Under the pieces are notes generated by a model that worked only from the letters and a program-made list of their open reading frames with translations, did not search any database and was not told the origin of the DNA. A stretch of DNA of 60,642 nt, filler included. It is 3 parts of 3 records of this genome, joined end to end, with 100 filler letters (N's around TTAATTAATTAA, not from the genome) between each part and the next. Parts side by side here need not be neighbours in the genome. Positions count along the whole stretch, not along the records: positions 1 to 27,231 come from SRR20825019_2999; 2 more parts are not named here. One strand, given 5' to 3'. The position numbers and the translations under genes were made by a program. Shown piece after piece: positions 1 through 11,372 of the stretch (the first letter of the stretch is position 1; the number at the start of each line of letters is the position of its first letter).

Positions 1-255
1 GTGCCAGCCGAGCAAAGAACCCTTCTTCCTTCTGCTCCCCGTGCTTGTCTCCATTCTTCTCTTCCTCCTTCTCCTTCACTTGTTTCTCCTCCTTTTCTGG
101 TTGTGTTGTGGTCCCGAGGGAGGCTGGTGTTGCCTTCAGCTGACGAGAAACTCCCTCTGCACTTACGTGTTAGATCCTGATCATGAGTTCTACACCTAAA
201 ATCACTCACCGTCATCCTCGTCTGGCGCAGGGCTCTTGTCCCTCCGTCGAAACAT
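1..255 (-). CDS. Hypothetical protein, 5' part only (runs off the window start)
   Basis: ATG at 255 (MFRRRDKSPAPDEDD), then a 53-nt GT-AG intron at 157-209 with a CTAAC branch point, then an open frame EGVSRQLK...EKEEKQVKEKEEEKNGD...FFARLA to the edge. Not in the ORF track; no family recognised. Confidence 0.5.
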
Positions 256-808
256 ACTGCTCGGCTCACAGCCGGGGTCCTCCACTGAAGAAGGTTGCGC
301 GACGTTGTCTTCTATAAACTAGACCTTCTTGGAGTGATAAATTCTCACGCCGACCACGTGTCTTGCCTGCCTGCCGGGTGGCCGACGGCGTGGGGCGCTG
401 ACTCAGAACTGAAGCCCAGTCAAGCATGCTGAAGGTTATTGGGCTCGGCGCCGCCCACACTAGAGAGCACCATGACGAACTGGCGTGGGGACTCGGGCTG
501 CGGCCACCAGCCACCGGCCGGCCGCTAACCAGAGTTCGGGGGCCTGAAGGGAGCCGTGTGTGGGACCAGCATACCGTGAAGCCGGGAATCAGTGAACCTG
601 ACCGGCAGGCCACAGCGTTGGATTCTCTCAGCACATCACTGGCCAGGGTGGTGATGGCGGTTCGATGAGTCACCGGCGTTTTTAGTGGCTCCGAGAGTCG
701 GAGCCGCTCGACGGCCGGTCAGGTTCAGTGCGGTCGAGGTCTGCTCCCGGTTTTTGGCGGGAGTTTCGGGAGAGTTGAGCGATGAATCCTCCTCGAAACC
801 AGATCCCG

Positions 809-822
809 CCCCCCCCCCCCCC
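809..822. repeat. C14 homopolymer inside a divergent intergenic region
   Basis: 14 consecutive C seen directly. Confidence 0.9.
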
Positions 823-1299
823 GGTCTGGGTCTGGGGCCCCATGACCGGCCGGCAACGGTGATTCAGGATGCCCATACTGGGGCCTGCAGGAGCGACTTA
901 TAATTATTAGTGATGCTGGGCTTGCCTTGTCGGCATTCATCACAATGGGACGATCCTGTGCCCCGGCAGCCGCGGTCCTGAGGTGGTGGGCGGCGGCGGA
1001 CGCACTGCCGCCGCAGTGCGTGGTTGTCGAGTGCCACCGTCAACCAACCCACAACACGACAGCCGGCCGGCAGGCGCAGCTAGCGGAACGGTCCTTCTCC
1101 GCATGGCTTGCTAATGGATCATCGGTGGGTCTGGGCACTCACCCCAGCTCATGAGCCTCGCCGGCGACACCACCGGCGAGAAGACGTTTTCTTTTCGCGA
1201 CACTCGAGCTTTGAACATTGGTGCTGTTCGTCTGTCCTGTGCTAAAAAAATACATATAGGCCCTGAAACGTGCCTGAGAATAGGCTGTGACCCTTCAGT

Positions 1300-3080
1300 A
1301 TGACTCGGGTAGTGGATACGGTTGCCTGGCTGCAGCAGGAGCTGCAGCAGTTTGATTTGGAGGTGTGCAAAGAGCAGCTTCTTTCAAACTGGCAGCACTT
1401 TGTCTTGTGGGCCAAGCAACGGGCAGAGAGTGCCGTGGACGATCCGTCCAAGTTAATCGATGACACCATGTACAGAGTTCGAAACGTCACATGGGAAGAG
1501 ATTCAGCTTGGAATCGTATTCCTGTTTTTCTGGTATATGTGGCAGTCCTTCTGGGAAACAGTTGCGGATGGCGGAGGTTTGTGTACATTGTGCTTTGTCA
1601 GGTGTTGAAGCTGACTTGGGCGTGTTAAGGGCTCCAGAAGTGGACGTTCAACACAGTGTTGCACTATGCTAAAAAGGTACCGCCGGTATCCACCTATGTG
1701 GCCAAAGAGCTCCAGAAGAGCAAGGACGAAATGGAGAAGAACGCTAAGCATGATCCGAATGCCATCCGCGCGATCCCATCTAAGGGTTGGTCCCGCAAGG
1801 ATGCGCTTCAGGTTATTGAGAAGAAAGTTGCTGAAGACTGTGACTGGAAGGGCGGGAAGGCGTTTGGCTATGTGTATCATGGTGATGAAGAGCATTGCAC
1901 ATTCCTCAACAAAGTATATTCCATGTACTGCCACGCCAACCCCCTGCACGCATCTGCCTTTCCATCCTGCATCAAGATGGAGGCTGAGGTTGTGGCAATG
2001 ACCGCTAGCATGCTGGGCGGGAATGAGCAGACTTGTGGCACGATGACGTCGGGTGGCACGGAGAGTATTGAACTCGCATGCCTCGCTGCACGCAATTATG
2101 GAAGGGCTGTTCTTGGAGTCAAGAAGCCAGAGATGGTGGTTCCCACGTCGATTCATGCTGCTTTTGCGAAGAGTTGCCATTACTTTGGCATTCGCCTGGT
2201 TACCGTGCCGTGCGACCCTGTCACTCGTCGTGCCGTGCCGAAGGCAATGGAGAGAGCAATCACGAAGAATACTGTTATGATGGTGGGTTCCACTCCGTCG
2301 TATCCCCATGGGGTCATCGATCCGGTCGAAGAGATTGCCGCCATTGCTCGCAAGCACAACATCTGGATGCATATCGATGGATGCCTTGGTGGTTTCATGC
2401 TGCCGTGGCTGAAGAAGCTAGGCTACAATATTCCAAACTTTGACATTGGAATTGACGGAGTTATGTCTATGAGTGCTGACACGCACAAGTACGGATACGG
2501 CTCTAAGGGAACCTCCGTCATTTTGCACCGAAACCGTGAGTTCCGCGCATTCCAGTTTTATACATGGGCCGATTGGCCAGGGGGTTTGTTCGGCTCCCCA
2601 ACCCTCGCTGGCAGCCGTCCTGGCGGCCTCATTGCTACCGCGTGGGCATCTTTGATGACCATGGGAGAAGACGGATTCCTGGAACTAGCCGATAAGATTA
2701 TGAAAACGGCCTTGAAGGTGAAGGAGGGTATCAACCAAGTTGACGGACTGCAGGTTCTTGGCGACCCGGATATGACCGGGATGGCATTCGAGGCCACTGC
2801 TAAAGATGTAGACATCTTCCTCCTAAGCGAGGCTTTGGAGAAACGCGGGTGGCATTTGGAGAAGCAGCAGTTCCCCAACTCTCTCCACATGTCTGTGACC
2901 AATAGACACATTGGCATTGTGGACAAGTTTGTTCATGACTTGCGCGAGTGCGTGGCCGAGGTCCGCGGCAAGAAGCCTACCGGCGTCGCGGCCGTGTACG
3001 GTGGTGCTGTCCATGTTCCCGACAGGAGCCTTGTCGAGCACGTCATCAAGGAGTATCTTGGCCGTTTGTACGACCTTTGA
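1300..3080 (+). CDS. SGPL1: Sphingosine-1-phosphate lyase (group II PLP decarboxylase family)
   Basis: ORFs 1300-1608 and 1656-3080 join in frame through intron 1577-1629. Motifs: N-terminal TM (IQLGIVFLFFWYMW), NPLH, TSGGTES, HIDGCLGGF, SADTHKYG (PLP lysine), WPGG..GSRPG. Confidence 0.95.
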
Positions 3081-3597
3081 CGGCTGTCAAATCAAAAAGA
3101 ATAAAGCATCACAAGGAGAGTAATGATGGTTAAGTAACTAAGGAGACTCCATAATCAATGTTAGACGTCATGTTTTGCGATCACAAGTATTGTTTTGGAA
3201 ATCATCCCAGTAAATTGCGGTTAATCTGCCTATGCCTACGCGGAGGCGGGCCCTTGCGGGACCATGGAGTCGGCACCGTCACGGTCGGCCCCTGCCTGCA
3301 AGTTTTGGGAGGCGGACAACTAGGACACCACAGCCCCTGACAAGCCGGCAGCCGCCGTGCCAAGTGAGTGTTGGGGTCGTCAGCTGGTGAACACTGAACA
3401 GGGCTGTTATCGGGGATGACGGGCCGGTGCCAGTTATTGGGGTGCTTGTTGCACCTAGGTAGGGAGCATCACTGTGTCCTTGGTGGGTGGCCCGTCGACA
3501 GTACTGTACACTTCTCTGTGGTCTCTACATATAGTTACTGGGATTCGTTACTAATCTTTTGTGTGGAGCCACCAGCGGGAGGGCAACAGGTGTGACT

Positions 3598-6500
3598 ATG
3601 GGTTGGAAACAGATTGAGGGCCACGGAACTCCACCCGCTCCACGGGAAGGCCACGGGACTGCAACCATCGCGTCCAATGGTCCTGAGGGGGACTACATGT
3701 ACATATTTGGAGGGCGCTCGCATGAGGGTAACCGCGACCTGAACGACATGTACCGCTTGGCAACGAGGACTCAGAAGTGGGAGAAAGTGTCGACCGGGCT
3801 GCGTGGGCCGTCTGCCCGAGTATCCATGACCCTCACGCCTATTCCCCCCATGAACCGCTTTGTCATGTTTGGAGGCAGCGGGACGGGAGTATCAGGAGAC
3901 CCCACCTTCTACAACGATGTTTGGGTGTTTGATACGACGACAAACGACTGGCAAAAGGTCAAGACACGCGGCACCCTTCCTGAGGGTCGCGAGTATCACT
4001 CCGCATCGTACTGTAAGGGTCAGCTGATCATATTTGGAGGGAACGGGGCCAAGAACCGGGTATTCAAGGACCTGTGGGTGTTGGACCTTGATCGATGGAC
4101 ATGGTCACAGCCTGAGTGCTCTGGCAGTGGCTCGCTTGAGTTCGGGGGGGCTCTGCCCGGTCCGCGATCAGGTCACACTTCCTGTGTACTGGCAAACAAG
4201 TTCCTGGTATTCATTGGTGGCCACAATGGCAAGGAGCTGGTATCAGACGTGAGGGTGCTGGATATTGACAGATGGCACTACAACAAGCCTCCGGTAAAGG
4301 GACCGACCCCAAGGCGATGGGGGCACACATGCATTGCGTTGAACAAGGGGGACATCTTCCGCCTGTTGGTTTTCGGAGGATATGACGGCAACTACACCAC
4401 CCAGGACATGTGGGTTCTTGACACCTCCACGATGACTTGGTACGAGCCTCCGCGCTCCACCGCCATACCTATCTCGGCGCGGTTTACACACTCTGCCACA
4501 GTGTGCAACGGCTTCGACATGTATGTGTTTGGCGGCTTCCAGGGCGATGTGAACCGTGGAAAAGGCAAGTGCTGCAACGATCTCCACGTGTTTTATGGGT
4601 CCAAAATACTTCATGATCTTGACCTGACACCAGAAGAGAAGGCTGGTGAGAAGCCATCGATGCCTTCTCGGAGTGCCAATGGCAGTGATGTCGGGGTGCA
4701 GACGGCCGGCTTTGGCGAGGTGGCCGACGGTATTTCAGCTCAGACGTTTTATGCTGAGGTTCAGGCGCTCACTGACTTTGTCAAGCACCGCAAGGTTAAC
4801 CGTTACGACTGGGGCTCGGTCGAGGTGATGCCGTTGATCAGACCCATGCGCCTAGCCGAGGTGGAAATCCTCAACTCTGACGTAGTGGATGTCCTTACGG
4901 ATATGTTGGAGCGGGGCCGGGATGATCACCGCACCTTTAAGGATAAGCTCAGTCGAGCCAAGGGCGACCTCGGCGATCGCTCCAACGAAGCATTGTGGGT
5001 GAAGTACATAGATGTTCGCGACTCTCTGCGAAAGAGGGCGCCAAATATCCCTGCGTCGGAGTGGGACAGCCTCGAGGGAGACTTCAGGAAGAAAGAGAAA
5101 TACAGGCACGAGTGTCTCAACATGTATCAAGAGGGCATGGACAATATTACTCGAATCCTCGAGATATATGGCGAACGGAAGCATTACGTGAAGACCGCGA
5201 CTTTCGAGGTTGATCGTGCCATCCACACCCTCCCTGACCTCCCCGTGTCGGATGGTCACCCATCTCTCTCTTCAGTCGTGGAAAAGTTCAGACGATGGAA
5301 ATCGCGTGTGGTAGCCGAGTGCATGCCAACTATCCTCAACACCAACAAGAAGGCCGAGGCTCTTCGCATTGCCCTTGATGAGGAACGGCGACTGGTGAGG
5401 GAACATGAGGCACTCTTTGCAGAGGGCTCTTCCATACTTGGAGGCTTCATTGCCATTGCCCAGGACTTCCTGCAGGATCTCAGCGGGGACAAGCTGGAGA
5501 CTGAGATTGGGGCCATGGAAGAGCTGAGACGTAAGTACCAGGAGCGCATCGACGAGCTACTGCGTGACATGGCCATTCGTGCGAAGGCCGAGGAGTGCAA
5601 GCAAATGTACCGCGAGTTCGCCAAGCAGAAGCGCAAGCTGACAAAGAAATATTATGAAACCGTTGCCCGCATAGAGTACTACAAGGCAGCGATGAATCAC
5701 GATCGGGACGCGGCGCGGAAGCTTAAGAAGGCCGAAAGTGATCTGCAACGAATCCAAGACGGGCTGACAGTTGCAGAGGAAGGTCTCGCAAAAGAAACCA
5801 TATGCATTGAGGAGGCAGGTGCGCTTGATCCTGAGCTGATGGACAAGGGCAACTCTGCAATACTGCAGAGTATCCGGGATACCGGCATGGTGCTACCGCT
5901 TACCATGGCCGACTTTGAGATTGTTGTGGACAAGGGCAAAACGAAGGTGTGCCTGTCATTACGTGAGAATCGTAAGATGTGTATTCTCAAGTGGTATGAT
6001 ATGAAGAGCCCTGCAGAGATGACAGAGGCGGAGAATCAGCTAGTCCTGGCGGAGGAGCTTGAACACCCGTCCATTAAGCCTTGTGAGGGTGTATTCCACA
6101 ACAAGGGCTCCCTTGTCGCTAAGATGCCATTCTTCGAACTAGGAACGCTCAAAGATTGGATCAACTCCAAGAACCCGCCGCCCTTCGATATACAAGCTGT
6201 GTATGCCCAGTTGTGTGCCTGTTTGGCTCATATGCACGATAGAGGATATGTGTATGCACGGCTGTCGATTCACTCTGTGGCGATCGCTGACGGGGGCAGT
6301 GTCGCCATGATCGACCTTGGTGGGGCCCACGAGGCTGACATGGACGACCCAGGTCTGATAGAAGACAACCCGAACCCGAAGACATCCGCCCCTGAGCTTC
6401 TCGATGGTGACGGTAGGAGCTGTCAGAGCGACATGTGGGACTTCGGTGTTGTACTTTATTATGCTGCATTCCATCACATGCCGGAGCTGAACTCTGGTGA

Positions 6501-7848
6501 AACAACTGTGAAGATCCCCGCGCATCCTCTTGAACGCCTCCGTGACCTCCTGCAACATCTTCTGGTGCGCGACGCACGTACCCGGTACACATCCCACCAG
6601 GCCCTTATGCACCAGTTCTTCACTAGGTCTATTGTGCATGACCTTAGCGAGCAGAACGAGGTCGCTGTGCGCGCAGATGTTGCGGTGACGGAGTTCCTTC
6701 CGCATGTGCGCAACGAGTCAAAGAAGAAGAGATTGGATGTCAACGAAAAGGCCCTGGTTGATTCTATGATGGACAAATTCGCACGGATCAAGAGTTCGGA
6801 GCTCATTTATCGCTTCGAATACTCATACAATGACAACAGTGGATGGCAGGGCAATTCTGCGGAGATTTACTCGCAGTTTGTGAAGATCATATTCTCGAAA
6901 CGCCGTGGGTCCGATGCGATGTTTGTCTCACACTCCGCTGTCGGCTTTATTCCGAATCCTTCGTACAATCCCACTGCAGACTTCGAAACCTTTGGCAAGA
7001 TTTTGGCCAAGGCAGTCATTGATGGATGCGTTGTACCGTGCATGTTTGGGTCATCGGTGTGGAAGTTCCTTTTGGACATCCCCGTCTCGCTTGGCGACCT
7101 TAAGGATTTCGACGAGGGCACTTACCGTGAATTCACCCGGATTCTTGAGACACCGAATGTCGAGAAGCTAGTGTCTGACCCAGATCTGAACGACTCCAAT
7201 AAGCATGAGTTTGTGCGCAAAAACACGGAAAAGATTCTTGTTGGAGTTTGCCGCAAGCAGCTAGAGGCTTTGTACAAGGGCTTCCATTGTGTGCCCGACA
7301 TGGCCTCACACGTGAAGATTCTGTCTGTCCGTGAGGTGAGGGAATTTGTGTGCGGGCAGACTCACATGACAGCAGAGGCTGTTATAGATGCCCTTCACTT
7401 TGAAAACTTCAAGAACCCTGAGTACATGAACAAGCTCTTGCTTTCCCTCTCGCCAAATTTGTTGCGTAGGTTCATGTACGCAGTAACTGGAATGTGGGGA
7501 TTCCCGAACGTCCGCCTCCATAATCCAACATACGAGGCCGTGCTCCGGGGCAAAATCACGATTCAGGGCAGCTCCAACACCGGCAGTCTGCCCACCCCCC
7601 GTGCCAAGCACTACCAGCTCGTGGTCCCTGAGTACGGCAACCAGGCTACACTCAAGGAGAAGATGGTGTCATGGTTGGAGCGTGTGGAGGATTATCCTGG
7701 AATTGAGCCCAACGAACCGCTGCTGACGCAAAACCGATCGGACCGCGCAGGTGGGCTGGTTGGCGAGTTGGGCCAAGATGCTCTGGCGAGCACTGCAGAT
7801 GATGTGAACCCGCAGAGCAACAGGAAAAAGAAGCTTCTTAGTCTCTAG
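3598..7848 (+). CDS. Kelch repeats + coiled coil + pseudokinase + HECT-like domain protein
   Basis: Six Kelch repeats (R-x-x-H...IFGG...ND.W), a helical/coiled-coil middle, a kinase fold (ILK, LEHPSIKP, DLG, SAPE, SDMWDFG) and a HECT fold (FGKILAKAV, VSLGDLKDFD, NKHEFV, QLEALYKGF, RFMYAVTG, LVVPEY). First ATG at 3598. Confidence 0.85.
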   Translation: MGWKQIEGHGTPPAPREGHGTATIASNGPEGDYMYIFGGRSHEGNRDLNDMYRLATRTQKWEKVSTGLRGPSARVSMTLTPIPPMNRFVMFGGSGTGVSGDPTFYNDVWVFDTTTNDWQKVKTRGTLPEGREYHSASYCKGQLIIFGGNGAKNRVFKDLWVLDLDRWTWSQPECSGSGSLEFGGALPGPRSGHTSCVLANKFLVFIGGHNGKELVSDVRVLDIDRWHYNKPPVKGPTPRRWGHTCIALNKGDIFRLLVFGGYDGNYTTQDMWVLDTSTMTWYEPPRSTAIPISARFTHSATVCNGFDMYVFGGFQGDVNRGKGKCCNDLHVFYGSKILHDLDLTPEEKAGEKPSMPSRSANGSDVGVQTAGFGEVADGISAQTFYAEVQALTDFVKHRKVNRYDWGSVEVMPLIRPMRLAEVEILNSDVVDVLTDMLERGRDDHRTFKDKLSRAKGDLGDRSNEALWVKYIDVRDSLRKRAPNIPASEWDSLEGDFRKKEKYRHECLNMYQEGMDNITRILEIYGERKHYVKTATFEVDRAIHTLPDLPVSDGHPSLSSVVEKFRRWKSRVVAECMPTILNTNKKAEALRIALDEERRLVREHEALFAEGSSILGGFIAIAQDFLQDLSGDKLETEIGAMEELRRKYQERIDELLRDMAIRAKAEECKQMYREFAKQKRKLTKKYYETVARIEYYKAAMNHDRDAARKLKKAESDLQRIQDGLTVAEEGLAKETICIEEAGALDPELMDKGNSAILQSIRDTGMVLPLTMADFEIVVDKGKTKVCLSLRENRKMCILKWYDMKSPAEMTEAENQLVLAEELEHPSIKPCEGVFHNKGSLVAKMPFFELGTLKDWINSKNPPPFDIQAVYAQLCACLAHMHDRGYVYARLSIHSVAIADGGSVAMIDLGGAHEADMDDPGLIEDNPNPKTSAPELLDGDGRSCQSDMWDFGVVLYYAAFHHMPELNSGETTVKIPAHPLERLRDLLQHLLVRDARTRYTSHQALMHQFFTRSIVHDLSEQNEVAVRADVAVTEFLPHVRNESKKKRLDVNEKALVDSMMDKFARIKSSELIYRFEYSYNDNSGWQGNSAEIYSQFVKIIFSKRRGSDAMFVSHSAVGFIPNPSYNPTADFETFGKILAKAVIDGCVVPCMFGSSVWKFLLDIPVSLGDLKDFDEGTYREFTRILETPNVEKLVSDPDLNDSNKHEFVRKNTEKILVGVCRKQLEALYKGFHCVPDMASHVKILSVREVREFVCGQTHMTAEAVIDALHFENFKNPEYMNKLLLSLSPNLLRRFMYAVTGMWGFPNVRLHNPTYEAVLRGKITIQGSSNTGSLPTPRAKHYQLVVPEYGNQATLKEKMVSWLERVEDYPGIEPNEPLLTQNRSDRAGGLVGELGQDALASTADDVNPQSNRKKKLLSL

Positions 7849-7929
7849 AGCTCTCTAGCAGAGCTACAATTTGTAGATTATTATTATTAAATTTTGGATC
7901 CGCAGAGTGCTGCCTTAGGCACTGATGAC

Positions 7930-8240
7930 TGCCTCGTCCGGGCGGCCACCGCGGTGGCTCATGCGATCGGTCCGGTCAGAATTGAATTCCGCCTCGCAAT
8001 CCGATCCCGGATCAGATCCGGCCCCGCTGAAGGTTTCTTAGTGCCCGGCGCCACGTCTCCCTCGGAGCCGCCGCCGGGCGCGCCGGCCGCCCCGTCAGTG
8101 CCATTCATGGGAGCCGGCCCGTGTCTCGCCCTCGTGCGGCCGGCGTGAGTCACCCACCTTCGGTCCGGGGGTTGCCTTGCCTGGCGCTCGGCCCCCCAGG
8201 CCCAAAGACTCGAGACTAGCGCCCAGAAGCATTCCTCGTG
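7930..8240 (+). promoter_or_regulatory. GC-rich promoter island upstream of the MATE gene
   Basis: GC-rich non-coding tract between tandem genes. Contains TTGAATTCCGCCT and AATCCGATCC, words shared with other islands. Confidence 0.5.
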
Positions 8241-8308
8241 CCGCCCAATGTCTCAGTTCCTCTCGCAAGTCCAAGGTGACTGTGTAAACATAATTACTTG
8301 GGCTTACC

Positions 8309-10269
8309 ATGGACTCACGAGTAGTAAGAGAGCAGGTCGATTCGTCCGCGGTGAAAACCGACAGGTACCGGGAGAGGAAATAGAGAGTGGAACGGCGTCG
8401 CTAAGTGTGCAAGAACAGTGCTTGTCCCTGGCGGCAGCCACGCCATCCGTTATACTTAGCCACACCTGCGGCTGGTGCATTGATATATAGCTAAGTGCCG
8501 GAGGAAGTGTGAGCATCGGCAAAGGCAACAAAGTGGAAGGCAAAGTCGGAATAGAGAACAGCCCCACCGGGGCTGCGCACAAGCCCCATGCAGTAGGGAG
8601 GTATGTACACTAGGCCACACTCCTATCTCGCGGGCCATTAATTTAATTTATTGTGATCAGGCTAGGGCGGGAGATCCTTTGCTTCATGCAGTTGGCTATC
8701 CCCGCTGCGGCGCAAGCTATCACTTGGCACGCGATGGGTATCACTGACGTGATTTTCATCGGTCAGTTAGGAAACACCAATCTGCTGGCAGCGGCAGCGA
8801 TTGGGAACGCTTGGAGCTACGGAACTTGTTGTGTCGCGGCTGGATTTGCTAACACGCTTGAGGTTCGTATGAGAGGATCTCACACACTCATCCATAACGT
8901 GCTGACTGAATGCCTTAGACGGTGGCAACAGTGGCTAATGGTGCGGGGAACAAGGAGGAGCTCGCACGGGTCCTAGTGCGAGCACATGTGGCCGTAACAT
9001 TGGCTGGAATCCCGGTCGGTGTGATGTGGTAGGTGGCGCGTAGTTCTTCGTTTTGGGGGCATTGTTGAATGGGGATGCAGGTGGCACACGGGATGGGTAG
9101 CTCAACACATTTTCCGGCAAGACCTCATTGTGAGCGGATATGCCGCCCTCTATGTTCGCACTCAGATACCAGTCCTTATGCCTTATCTGTACTTCCTGTG
9201 TCTCATGAAATGGCTCTACAGCCAAAAATCAACTACGGCAGTGGTCATTTGTGGTGTCACGAGTAGTCTGCTGAACGTGTTTCTGAACTGGTTTTTTATA
9301 CATTTCCTCGACCTCGGGTTCTTTGGCGCGGCCGTCGCCACTATGGCAGCAAGGACATACAACTACATTGTTCTCCTGCTGTATGTTGTCTTCTTGATAG
9401 TGGCCACCGTGACACTAGACGGGGATACAAGGGTTGTTACTGCTCCGGGCGCCTCATGGTTGAAAAGGGCACGTGCACGGCTCCAGGCGTTCTGGGCATC
9501 CGCGGTTGCTGCTATGACTGGAGGCGTGAAGATGGTCCATTACATCGGAAATGGAATTTCCAATAGCGTGATGTCCGCAGCTGAAGAATGGGCATTCCAG
9601 CTCTCAACAGTTCTAGTGGGCATGATTGGTGGACCTGAGATTTTGGCCGGCCATATCATTGCTTTCAATCTCGGGGCAGCTATCTATAGCTTGGTGGTAG
9701 GATCAGGTGTCGCCACCAGTACTAGGGTGGGCAACTGCATTGGAGCTGGGAGTGTCCAGGAGGCCAGAGAGTGCGCTACACTTTATATGTTCCTTGCTTT
9801 CGTGGTTGTGGCGGGACTGTGCGCACCTCTGTATTTCTTTCGCAATTCCGTGGGGCGGATCTTCACCGAGGAGGAAGATGTGCTTGAGAACTTATCCAAA
9901 ATTATGCCGATTCTCCTTATATTTATGGCATTTGATTCATATCAGACTGCAGGGGGTGGAGCGCTTAAGGGGATCGGGCGGCCTGAAGTTGGCGCAATCT
10001 GTCATCTCTTCGCGTTTTATGTGCTTGCAATACCGATGGGGGCTATTCTAGCATTCCCATTGAACCTTGGCATTGTGGGCATTTGGTTGGGGCTGCTGTG
10101 TGGCCTAGTACTCACATCCGCCATAATGACTGTGGTTTTGGGGGCAACAAATTGGGACAAGGCTTCAATGAAGTTGAGGGACGGGATTACCAATAGCAGC
10201 GGGGGTTACATTCATCCCGGTGAAGGAGTGGAACTAGAACTGGAGGACGGTTCTCCTCTCGATCTGTGA
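8309..10269 (+). CDS. MATE-family transporter (multi-exon; start uncertain)
   Basis: LAIPAAAQ..DVIFIGQLG..LAAAAIG, NVFLNWFFIHFLDLGFFGAAVAT, EEWAF, STRVGNCIGAG, FYVLAIPMG..LGIVGIWLGL. Several short introns in the 5' half. Confidence 0.9.
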
Positions 10270-11372
10270 GTGTTGAATGATAGGGGCACGCACTAGTGGT
10301 GAACATTGACACTGTCGCCCCACGTCGACATGCCGTTGGAAGCCGTGCATGCATGGTTTTTGGTGAGTTTTATGCATCGTATAGGCTTACGCTGCGAGGA
10401 ACACATGTTCACAAGGAAGGATGTGCACGTGTCCAAGACGCAGTCGTGCACGAATTGAGTAGCAATTTGATACTTCCCTAGTAAATTAACTGCTTCACAT
10501 GTTGTTCAAGGGGTTTCATGTTATGTGAGCACTGCGTGGTTCTAGTGCCAGTACGTTTGTGCTCCGGTACGTGTGGGACGTAAGTCTATTCCTCTCGTTT
10601 AGGTGCATAGTGCACATATAGCCTGTAGTGTGTAAACACGAAATGATATATATACATATATTTCACAGTACATTCGTGATTACAGGCATTTCCGAAGTAC
10701 TTACATAGCCCTGAACGCCCTTGACCAATCCAGCAGTTCACCGTTGAAATTTCATTTCGTATCTTTGAGAGTACATGCATGAGATGGTGCTGACGACAAA
10801 TCCATTCCCAATAAATGAAGAATAACCTTGGTATAGCTTAATTCTCACAAAACACTAATGTACAGGGAGGATGATACATCTGCAACAAATGCAACGTTTA
10901 TATTTTGCACCTCGCGGATTTTATCAGCTCCATCGTTTCATATGAATGGAATGCCGACATTGGCAATTTTCAAATTATAGCATCGACCCGAAGTTGGTTC
11001 CAACAGTATCTGGTTCGGCGCGTTTTACAAAATCTTTTTATCGGTAAATTAACGCGGTTATCATGTGCATCCGGCAATATTAGTGTAGGAATATAAGATC
11101 GTGCTGGAAACGAAATGGTGCAAACTCAAATCCGTTTTACAGCTCCATCATGTGCAGTCAGTACAGTGGCCGGTTTTCTTTCGAGGTGAAAATTTAACGG
11201 TTCTGTCGAGGGATTGAAGTGCTAAGCCGAATATTATGTCAAGGCACTTAATGATCCCAAAAACAAACTCGATGCCTACTATGATTACTGCATGTGCATC
11301 ACGAGGAACGTACGCCGGATGTTAACATACGAAACGGTGCTGTTTGGTTATTAAACATTGATGCATTTGTGA

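Noticed and set aside
1503-2372. Long antisense ORFs (also 25250-26092, 32190-33047, 20154-20792)
   Set aside because: Shadows of well-supported genes on the opposite strand, with no recognisable motifs.
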